Made by a program: the position numbers and the translations under genes. Positions 17,988 to 25,043 of a DNA stretch of 32,000 nucleotides are shown here, piece by piece. The DNA lies in the NCBI RefSeq assembly GCF_051097895.1, contig NZ_CP142525.1:1590001-1622000 (forward strand), written 5' to 3'. Below the pieces are notes generated by a model. The model worked only from the letters and a program-made list of their open reading frames with translations, was not told the DNA's origin and made no database searches. How positions within the stretch are numbered: position 1 is the first letter of the stretch; every line of letters starts with the position of its first letter. The stretch is from Psychrobacter sp. HD31 (GTDB lineage Bacteria > Pseudomonadota > Gammaproteobacteria > Pseudomonadales > Moraxellaceae).

Positions 17988-19535
17988 TTAACCACGGTAA
18001 CTTAACGCTTCGGTTAAATGCGGTGTTTGAATTTGTTCACTTGCTGCTAAATCAGCAATAGTGCGAGCAATGCGTAAAACACGGTGATAACCCCGTGCCG
18101 ATAAGTTTAAACGACTTTGTGCAGTTGCAATCAGTTGTTTTTCGGTATCGCCAAGCTGGGCAATGTCATCTAACTGGGCAGGCGTTAACTCATTATTGGC
18201 TTTGCCTTGCCGATTAATTTGACGCTCATAAGCCAATACCACGCGCTCGCGGACAACGGCAGAAGTTTCACCTGCTTTGGCGTTTTGTAAGTCACTAATG
18301 GGTATGGCTGGTACGTTGATGTGTAAATCAATACGGTCAAGTAAAGGCCCCGATAGTTTGTCTTGATAACGTTGGATTTGTTCTGGTCGGCAATTGCATC
18401 GGTTTGATGTATCGCCGTGGTATCCGCATGGGCATGGGTTCATAGCTGCAATGAGCTGAAAGTTAGCAGGGAAAGTTGATTGCTGATTGGCACGGCTAAT
18501 GGTAATGGTTTTAGACTCGAGTGGCTGGCGTAAAACTTCTAATACTTTGCGGTCAAACTCTGGCATCTCGTCTAAAAATAGCACACCTTTATCTGCCAAA
18601 GTTATTTCGCCAGGTTTGGGGCGAGAGCCACCGCCAACAAGCGCAACCGCACTGATGGTGTGATGTACTTCCCTAAATGGGCGTGTACCAAAATCATATT
18701 CTGTATTTGCTACCGAATAGGTGCTCGCAACCTCTAATGCCTCATCGTCTGTCAGTTCTGGCAAAATGTTTGGCAAACGAGATGCCATTAATGTTTTGCC
18801 AGAGCCAGGAGGACCTTTAAATAAAATAGAATGTCCACCAGCTGCTGCTATTTCTAAAGCGCGCCTTGCGTGGTGTTGTCCTTTAACGTCTGCTAAATCT
18901 ACTTTATAGGCAGCGTGTCTTTGCGGCAAATTTGCTACAAAGGGTTGTAAAATTACATCTGCTGTATTGTTACCAAAATTAATCCCACCATGCTGTGCTT
19001 GTAAGTGGTTGCATACAGCCTGCAAGTTTTTAGCGCCAAGTACACTTACCCCTTGTACTCGGCTGGCTTCATTTGCATTGTTAAAAGGAACAATTAGATT
19101 TCTGGGCGTGTGTTCTTGCCCTTCTAAAGGCTTGTTTTTAGAGGTTTTAACGGCACGTGCAACGGCCAGACTCCCTGCCACAGGTCGCAGATCGCCATTT
19201 AAAGCAAGCTCACCAATAAACTCATAATTGTTGACCCAGTCTGGCTCTAGCTGACCACTGGCAGCCAATATGCCAATGGCAATGGGCAGATCTAGCCTTG
19301 CGCCATCTTTGGGTAAATCAGCAGGCGCAAGGTTAATTGTTAAACGGCGGTTAGGAAACTGGAACCCAGAATTAATAATGGCAGAGCGCACACGATCTTT
19401 GCTTTCTCTTACTGCGGCTTCTGGCAAACCAACAATGGTTAATGCTGGTAACCCTTGTGATAAATGCACCTCCACCATCACGGCTGGCGCATGCAAACCA
19501 ACAACCGAGCGTGTGTTTACTTGGGCAAATGACAT
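17988..19535 (-). CDS. comM: YifB/ComM family Mg-chelatase-like AAA+ ATPase
   Basis: 515 aa with an N-terminal Lon-protease-like fold, Walker A (GPPGSGKT), Walker B (LFLDEMPEF) and the Cys cluster CPCGYHGD...CNC. The gene is uninterrupted. Confidence 0.93.
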   Translation of the reverse strand: MSFAQVNTRSVVGLHAPAVMVEVHLSQGLPALTIVGLPEAAVRESKDRVRSAIINSGFQFPNRRLTINLAPADLPKDGARLDLPIAIGILAASGQLEPDWVNNYEFIGELALNGDLRPVAGSLAVARAVKTSKNKPLEGQEHTPRNLIVPFNNANEASRVQGVSVLGAKNLQAVCNHLQAQHGGINFGNNTADVILQPFVANLPQRHAAYKVDLADVKGQHHARRALEIAAAGGHSILFKGPPGSGKTLMASRLPNILPELTDDEALEVASTYSVANTEYDFGTRPFREVHHTISAVALVGGGSRPKPGEITLADKGVLFLDEMPEFDRKVLEVLRQPLESKTITISRANQQSTFPANFQLIAAMNPCPCGYHGDTSNRCNCRPEQIQRYQDKLSGPLLDRIDLHINVPAIPISDLQNAKAGETSAVVRERVVLAYERQINRQGKANNELTPAQLDDIAQLGDTEKQLIATAQSRLNLSARGYHRVLRIARTIADLAASEQIQTPHLTEALSYRG

Positions 19536-19628
19536 AATTTTTGGATATCCTTATCCCTCAAAATAGTCTTATATCATAGGGGATTATTTAAAAACCTGCA
19601 AACATAGCTAACCCCCTAGTGGTATAGA

Positions 19629-19642
19629 TTTGATATAATACA
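19629..19642 (+). promoter_or_regulatory. Candidate extended -10 promoter (TGATATAAT), which also resembles an FNR-like half-site, upstream of hemN
   Basis: 19631-19639 reads TGaTATAAT. The same stretch reads TTGAT-ATAA-TACAA, against the FNR consensus TTGAT-N4-ATCAA. It is ambiguous. Confidence 0.35.
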
Positions 19643-19667
19643 AAAAAATATTTAGTCGAGCTTTCTC

Positions 19668-21110
19668 ATGTCCTTAGCCAGTACTCAAATAAATCCATAC
19701 GCCAACCCTAATATTGCAAAGCAGCAAACAAGTGCTAAGCAAATGCATTTGTTTGATGAAGCAATGATTCATAAATACAATCGCTCTGGTCCTCGTTATA
19801 CCTCTTATCCAACGGCATTGGAGTTTGCGCCGATTGAAACAGGCGGCGAACAAAAAATTCTTGAAGGGCGTCAACAAGATGTGCCAGTATCTTTATATTT
19901 TCATATTCCATTTTGTCGTCACCTTTGTTATTACTGCGGATGCAATAAAATCATTACTAAAAAAAATGCAGATGCGGGCGATTACCTAGAGTATTTATTT
20001 GCTGAAATTAAGCACAAACGACGTTTGATGAAAGGCAACCCGGTAGTTAAGCAGTTGCATTTGGGTGGTGGAACACCGACCTTTTTTGCTGATGAAGAAA
20101 TAGTCGCACTATGGAATTTTTTGCAAGATGAGTTTGATTTTGTACTAGAAAACGAGGGTGATTTTTCTATAGAAATTGACCCAAGAGAGCTGGGTGAAAA
20201 TACGCTTAAAACATTGCGAACGCTTGGGTTTAACCGTGTGAGCTTTGGGGTGCAGGACCTTGAAGAAACTGTACAGATTGCAGTTAACCGAGTACAGTCA
20301 GAATCTTTAATACGCTCGGTAATGTCAGAGTCACGCCAGCTTGGCTATCATTCTATTAATATTGATTTGATTTATGGTTTGCCACATCAAACGGTAGAAA
20401 CTTTAGCCAATACAGTAGAGCGTATTATTGATATCTCACCAGATAGATTGTCTGTATTTAATTATGCCCATTTGCCAGAGCGTTTTCCTGCGCAACGCAA
20501 AATTAAAGATGAGGACTTACCAAGCCCAGCTGATAAGCTTGTTATGCTGGGTAATACCATTAATACATTAACAGATAGTGGCTATCAGTATATCGGTATT
20601 GACCATTTTGCTAAACCTGACGATGAGTTGGCTGTGGCGCAGCAACAAGGTAATTTGCATCGTAATTTTCAGGGATATACGATACTGGGTGACTGTGATT
20701 TATTGGGTTTTGGGGTGTCTTCTATTAGCCAAATTGGAAATCATATATTACAAAACAATACTGACTTAAAGGCTTACAAAAAAGCGATTGAAGTCAAACA
20801 ATTGCCAGCGATTAAACAAATTGAGGCAACTGCTGAAGATGAGCTAAGATGCTATATCATCATGAACTTGCTATGCCATGATTATATGGACTTTGCTGAT
20901 ATTGAAGCAAAATTTGCAATAAATGCACAAGCCCACTTTGCGCAACAAATTGAGCAACTTAAAGACATGCAAGCAGATGAACTTGTTGCCATTGATGACA
21001 AGGGAATTCGTATTTTGCCAAAAGGTAGATTACTTGGGCGTAATGTAGCAATGGTATTTGATGAATATTTAGAGAACAAACATAAAAATCGGTTTAGCAA
21101 GGTTATATAG
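19668..21110 (+). CDS. hemN: Oxygen-independent coproporphyrinogen III oxidase (radical SAM)
   Basis: 480 aa with YNRSGPRYTSYPTA and the radical-SAM motif CRHLCYYCGC. By comparison with the usual HemN N-terminus, the true start may be the internal ATG at 19743 (MHLFDEAMIHKYN...). Confidence 0.92.
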   Translation: MSLASTQINPYANPNIAKQQTSAKQMHLFDEAMIHKYNRSGPRYTSYPTALEFAPIETGGEQKILEGRQQDVPVSLYFHIPFCRHLCYYCGCNKIITKKNADAGDYLEYLFAEIKHKRRLMKGNPVVKQLHLGGGTPTFFADEEIVALWNFLQDEFDFVLENEGDFSIEIDPRELGENTLKTLRTLGFNRVSFGVQDLEETVQIAVNRVQSESLIRSVMSESRQLGYHSINIDLIYGLPHQTVETLANTVERIIDISPDRLSVFNYAHLPERFPAQRKIKDEDLPSPADKLVMLGNTINTLTDSGYQYIGIDHFAKPDDELAVAQQQGNLHRNFQGYTILGDCDLLGFGVSSISQIGNHILQNNTDLKAYKKAIEVKQLPAIKQIEATAEDELRCYIIMNLLCHDYMDFADIEAKFAINAQAHFAQQIEQLKDMQADELVAIDDKGIRILPKGRLLGRNVAMVFDEYLENKHKNRFSKVI

Positions 21111-21157
21111 GTTTCACGTGGAACTGCCTTGATAAGTTGTATGTTCCACGCGAAACC
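21110..21157. repeat. Long hairpin built from two inverted copies of a GTTYCAYGYGRAAC-type motif
   Basis: GGTTTCACGTGGAAC (21110-21124) and GTTCCACGCGAAACC (21143-21157) pair at 14/15 positions with an 18-nt loop. No T tail follows. The half-sites resemble the 14-mer at 6813 and 14216. Confidence 0.75.
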
Positions 21158-21205
21158 AAAAAATTGAAAATTTAATTAATATGTTTTTATAAATAAGGTA
21201 AAAAA

Positions 21206-22024
21206 ATGACACAGAATAGTTTAACTAAAGTTGGCGTGATTGGTGCTGGTGGACGTATGGGAAGAATGCTAGTTCAGGCAATTATAGATAACCCTGCAAC
21301 TACTTTATCAGCAACCATTGACCATAAAGACTCTAGCTTAATTGGTGTGGATGCTGGTGAGCTTGTGGGCGTTGGTAAATTAAATATCAATTTAGTAGAT
21401 AACCTAGAACAAGTGATTAACGACATTGATGTGTTGATTGATTTTAGCCTACCTCAAGCAACCGAAAAAAATGTACAAGTTTGTCAACAATATGGCAAAG
21501 CAATGGTAATAGGCACAACGGGCTTGAGTGATGAGCAAAACGCTTTGGTTGATAATGCGAGTAAAGAGATTGCCATTGTGTATGCTGGCAACTATTCTAC
21601 AGGGGTTAACCTGTCATTAAAACTAATTGAAATGGCAGCAAAAGCTTTTGGCGATACCGCAGATATTGAGGTGATAGAAGCCCACCATAAACACAAAGTG
21701 GATGCGCCATCTGGCACGGCATATATGATGGCAGAAGCTGCTGCTGCTGGGCGTGGACAAAACCTAAAAGAGGTTGCCGTGTATGGGCGAGAAGGGCAAA
21801 CAGGCGCTCGTAAACAAGGCGAGATTGGCATACATGCCATACGTGGTGGTGAAATTATTGGCGACCATACAGTGATGTTTATTGCCGATGGCGAGATGGT
21901 AGAAATTACCCACAAAGCACGAGAGCGTATGACTTTTGCAGCAGGTGCTGTGCGAGCAGCAACTTGGGCGGTTAGCCAAACTGCTGGATTAAATGATATG
22001 CAAGATGTGCTGGGTTTGAAATAA
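21206..22024 (+). CDS. dapB: 4-hydroxy-tetrahydrodipicolinate reductase
   Basis: 272 aa with the N-terminal NAD(P)-binding motif GAGGRMG and the catalytic EAHHKHKVDAPSGTA. Confidence 0.96.
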   Translation: MTQNSLTKVGVIGAGGRMGRMLVQAIIDNPATTLSATIDHKDSSLIGVDAGELVGVGKLNINLVDNLEQVINDIDVLIDFSLPQATEKNVQVCQQYGKAMVIGTTGLSDEQNALVDNASKEIAIVYAGNYSTGVNLSLKLIEMAAKAFGDTADIEVIEAHHKHKVDAPSGTAYMMAEAAAAGRGQNLKEVAVYGREGQTGARKQGEIGIHAIRGGEIIGDHTVMFIADGEMVEITHKARERMTFAAGAVRAATWAVSQTAGLNDMQDVLGLK

Positions 22025-22046
22025 TCAAGGAAGCTTATTTAACGTT

Positions 22047-22078
22047 TAGGCATTATTTTCTGTTTTATGCCTATTTTA
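22047..22078 (+). terminator. Possible weak terminator after dapB
   Basis: TAGGCAT-13 nt-ATGCCTA followed by TTTTACGTTTTT. The stem is short and the loop is large. Confidence 0.35.
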
Positions 22079-22223
22079 CGTTTTTATTTTTGAAATTAGT
22101 ATAAATAACATTGAAGTACTCACACCGATTTTACCAATACTTATATTGGTTTTCGGTACTTGTATTTAAAACTTTTGTATAAAATTTAATTGTAAGATAT
22201 AAAAAATAAATGGATGACGGCTA

Positions 22224-22751
22224 ATGAAAAACGCATTACAAGCACAACTGCTAAAAGCAGGTTTAGTTGATAAAAAGAAAGCTAAAAAAATTAATAAGCA
22301 AACAGCCCATGCTAAACGAACAGGCGATGCTTCGGTTGATGAAGCACGCAAAGCGGTGGAAGAAGCAAAAGCCAAAAAGCTGGCAAAAGACCAACAGCTA
22401 AACAAGCAAAAACAGCAAGCGTTAGAAGAAAAAACGCTAAAAGCCAATATTGAGCAAATGATTAACCAGCATCAAATTGAGGATATAACTGGAGATGTTG
22501 AGTACCAGTTTGTTGATGGCACTAAGGTTAAAAAACTATATATTAACCAAAAAATGTATGACCAGTTAGTGGCAGGGCATCTGGTAATTGCTAGAAAAAA
22601 AGAGGGGTATGCTTTATTACCACACCCATTGGCAGAACGTATCAACCAAAAACAAGCAGGGTTTATTATTGAAACCGCCAATAAAAATGACACGCCAGCA
22701 GAAGATGACCCCTATGCTGCTTATGTGATTCCTGATGATTTGATGTGGTAA
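22224..22751 (+). CDS. DUF2058 (YaiL-like) basic protein
   Basis: 175 aa with the N-terminal LQAQLLKAGLVDKKKAKK and a Lys-rich region, as in the DUF2058 family. The last 9 codons are part of direct repeat DR1. Confidence 0.65.
   Translation: MKNALQAQLLKAGLVDKKKAKKINKQTAHAKRTGDASVDEARKAVEEAKAKKLAKDQQLNKQKQQALEEKTLKANIEQMINQHQIEDITGDVEYQFVDGTKVKKLYINQKMYDQLVAGHLVIARKKEGYALLPHPLAERINQKQAGFIIETANKNDTPAEDDPYAAYVIPDDLMW
22722..22749 (+). repeat. 28-bp direct repeat DR1 (3' end of the DUF2058 gene)
   Basis: TATGTGATTCCTGATGATTTGATGTGGT is identical to 23689-23716. It is followed here by the rest of a TAA stop. Confidence 0.95.
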
Positions 22752-22792
22752 ATAAGATAAAAGGTAAATTTATCTATATGTATCTTTTTATT

Positions 22793-23602
22793 TTAGAATG
22801 ACTTTATTTTCTTTTTTAAGTTCCAAGAGTTTAATTCACAATCACAATTATAAATTTCTATATTTTGGTTGTACCAACTGTTGATCAATGAATCGAACTC
22901 TTCTCTAGTGAGTAAGTTGGTTCTTGATATGTTTTTATAAATATTTTTACCTAAGTAAACTTCTGTTATTGCTCCCTTTGGTAGCGAAAAACAATACAAT
23001 GGTCTTCCTTCTATTCTTACAATATTAAAGTTTCCAAACCTTCCTTTAGAAGAGTGATAGGTTGAACCTAAATTACTAATTTTTTTAACAACTCTTACTT
23101 CTTCTTCATATGCCCACTCTGATGATTTATATAAAAACGCACGTTTTGCAAGATTAAAAAAATCACTTTGAAAGGAAATATGTTTACCAATACTGAGTAA
23201 CTCTTCTTCATTGATAATATTTAAATCATTGTTAGGTTTAGTTGATGTGTAAATAACTTCCCCCACTTGATAGGGAATAAAGTTTTCTGAAGTTGAGTTA
23301 AAGTTAGCTTTATTGACATCAATGCCAATTACCACACCTTTATGTGAATCGCCATAATGAGACCACATTAATGAATTTAATGGTTGTCTCGTTAGAGATA
23401 GAACGCCATAGTTTCTTGAAAACCTATTAAAGCAAGCATTTTTTGCAATAGAAGGTGTAAGTACTGAATTTGAATTTTCTTTAAAGCCATATGAAGTACC
23501 TTCAAATGGGTCGTTAAAGTCCTCTAAATGTGTAAAACCAATGGAAGATGTTTCAATAGCTTTTATCGCACCTGCTAATGACATGTATTTATATAAAATC
23601 AT
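22793..23602 (-). CDS. DUF2971 family protein
   Basis: 269 aa. The N-terminus LYKYMSL...FTHLEDFNDPFEG matches the DUF2971 signature (LYKY...FNDPFE). The gene is very AT-rich: 20% and 33% G+C in the two 60-nt lines I counted by hand, against 43-55% in dnaK and recG lines. Confidence 0.75.
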   Translation of the reverse strand: MILYKYMSLAGAIKAIETSSIGFTHLEDFNDPFEGTSYGFKENSNSVLTPSIAKNACFNRFSRNYGVLSLTRQPLNSLMWSHYGDSHKGVVIGIDVNKANFNSTSENFIPYQVGEVIYTSTKPNNDLNIINEEELLSIGKHISFQSDFFNLAKRAFLYKSSEWAYEEEVRVVKKISNLGSTYHSSKGRFGNFNIVRIEGRPLYCFSLPKGAITEVYLGKNIYKNISRTNLLTREEFDSLINSWYNQNIEIYNCDCELNSWNLKKKIKSF

Positions 23603-23688
23603 GACTTATCCTATGAGTACGGTTTCCTGTTTTCATTATAGTGTAAAAGTCCCAATCAATTTTAAATCAATGTATCTCATATATTGTA

Positions 23689-23716
23689 TATGTGATTCCT
23701 GATGATTTGATGTGGT
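23689..23716 (+). repeat. 28-bp direct repeat DR2 (orphan copy)
   Basis: The sequence is identical to 22722-22749 and is followed by the rest of a TGA stop. It lies 14 bp from the stop of the convergent MerR-family gene. Confidence 0.95.
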
Positions 23717-23731
23717 GATTTTGACTAAAAT

Positions 23732-24094
23732 TTAGTTATCTAATAACTTTTGGAAAGACTCGCATTCAAAGTGGTCTTTCTTTGGGCATTTTGCCATGTG
23801 TTGTAAGGTATCACTCACTTTGGCTAATTCTTCAATCTTTTTTTCTATTTCTTCTACCTTGTTTAATAAAAAGCACCTATCTAACAAATTGGTTTGGGTT
23901 AGGTGTTTTATCTCATCTAGCGAGAAGTGATTGCGTTTCAGTAAGCGAATTAACTGTAGCTTTTTAATAACACTTGCAGAAAAGGTTCTTCTTAAACCAT
24001 TGCGTCCATTGGATTTAATTAAGCCTACTTTTTCATAGTATCTTAATGCAGAAGGGGAAATGCCTGTTTGTTGTGCCACTTTACCTATATCCAT
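23732..24094 (-). CDS. MerR-family transcriptional regulator, CueR-like (C-X7-C loop)
   Basis: 120 aa with an N-terminal HTH (IGKVAQQTGISPSALRYYEKVGLI) and a long dimerisation helix (VEEIEKKIEELAKVSDTLQHMAK). The helix is followed by CPKKDHFEC, the same C-X7-C spacing as the CueR metal-binding loop (CPGDDSADC). Confidence 0.8.
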   Translation of the reverse strand: MDIGKVAQQTGISPSALRYYEKVGLIKSNGRNGLRRTFSASVIKKLQLIRLLKRNHFSLDEIKHLTQTNLLDRCFLLNKVEEIEKKIEELAKVSDTLQHMAKCPKKDHFECESFQKLLDN

Positions 24095-24139
24095 ATTAAT
24101 CTCTTTTCTACTCTTTTTTATATTTTTTAGAAAACATGC

Positions 24140-24170
24140 TTGACTTAAAGTTTACTTTAAGTAGTAAGCT
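24140..24170 (+). promoter_or_regulatory. MerR-type promoter/operator: TTGACT, 19-bp spacer, TAAGCT, with an embedded perfect palindrome
   Basis: The -35 is TTGACT (24140-24145) and the -10 is TAAGCT (24165-24170), with a 19-nt spacer. The palindrome ACTTAAAGT-TT-ACTTTAAGT (24143-24162) overlaps the -35 and fills the spacer, as at CueR/MerR-regulated promoters. Confidence 0.75.
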
Positions 24171-24213
24171 GTGACAATCAGATTGAATCAGGGCTACTTA
24201 AGTGGGTGTGCCA

Positions 24214-25026
24214 ATGCAAAATTTATTATTAGACGTATTTTCATATTTAAGTTTGGGTGCCGTTGTCGGTTTTTTGTCTGGTTTGTTAGGTGTGGGTGGT
24301 GGCGGTATATTAGTGCCCATTTTAGCAAGTATTTTTTCATATCGGTTTATTGGTGGTACAAATTACTTGCAGGTGGCGTTGGCAACCTCGTTAGCTTGCT
24401 CGATACCAACCACTGCTATGAGTACGTATACGCATCATAAAAAAGGGGCGGTGCAATGGCGTATTGTTAAATTTATGGGTGTGGGCGTTATTATTGGTTC
24501 AGGTGTTGGGGTAATGATTGCTACTAGGATACAAGGAGTGTATTTGGCAGCATTTTTTTGTTTATTTATGCTATTTGCAGCGATTAAGTTATTTTCTAAT
24601 TGGCAACCAAAACCAAAAACCACGCCTATTTCTATAAATACCACAGTGCTTACAGGTGCGGTTATAGGATGTGTGTCTGCGCTCATCTCTGTTGGTGGTG
24701 CATTTTTTACGGTGTTATATCTTACTTATAACAATGTTGAACTAAAAAAAGCGATAGGCACGTCTTCAGCCATTGGATTTTTAGCGGTACTGTTCTCAAC
24801 GGTTGGTTATGCGTTGTCTAACTCAACCAGTGCGGTTAAAATGCCTGCTTATAGTATGGGTTACGTGTATTTGCCGGCGGTAGTTTTGGTTGTTTTTGCT
24901 AGTTTGTTATTAGTGCCTGTCGGTACAAATATGGCGCATAAACTAGATGATAAAAAATTAAAAAAGATATTTGGTGTACTATGTATTCTGTTGAGTTTAA
25001 AAATGCTGGTATCTATGCTGCCATAG
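24214..25026 (+). CDS. TauE/SafE-family (sulfite exporter-type) permease
   Basis: About 270 aa and polytopic, with the Gly-rich motif GLLGVGGGGILVPIL repeated in degenerate form in the second half (SALISVGGAFFTV). The start is either the ATG at 24214 or the GTG at 24202. Confidence 0.8.
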   Translation: MQNLLLDVFSYLSLGAVVGFLSGLLGVGGGGILVPILASIFSYRFIGGTNYLQVALATSLACSIPTTAMSTYTHHKKGAVQWRIVKFMGVGVIIGSGVGVMIATRIQGVYLAAFFCLFMLFAAIKLFSNWQPKPKTTPISINTTVLTGAVIGCVSALISVGGAFFTVLYLTYNNVELKKAIGTSSAIGFLAVLFSTVGYALSNSTSAVKMPAYSMGYVYLPAVVLVVFASLLLVPVGTNMAHKLDDKKLKKIFGVLCILLSLKMLVSMLP

Positions 25027-25043
25027 GTTTTTAGGTAAAAGAA

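Noticed and set aside
17988-19535. comM as a possible genomic-island insertion site (as for AbaR-type islands in Acinetobacter)
   Set aside because: The comM reading frame is continuous (515 aa with intact Walker A and B motifs), and no foreign DNA interrupts it.
22755-22775. Stem-loop AGATAAA-N7-TTTATCT between the DUF2058 stop and the DUF2971 stop as a bidirectional terminator
   Set aside because: The stem is a 7-bp all-A/T-plus-one-G stem with no adjacent U tract on either strand. It is too weak to call.
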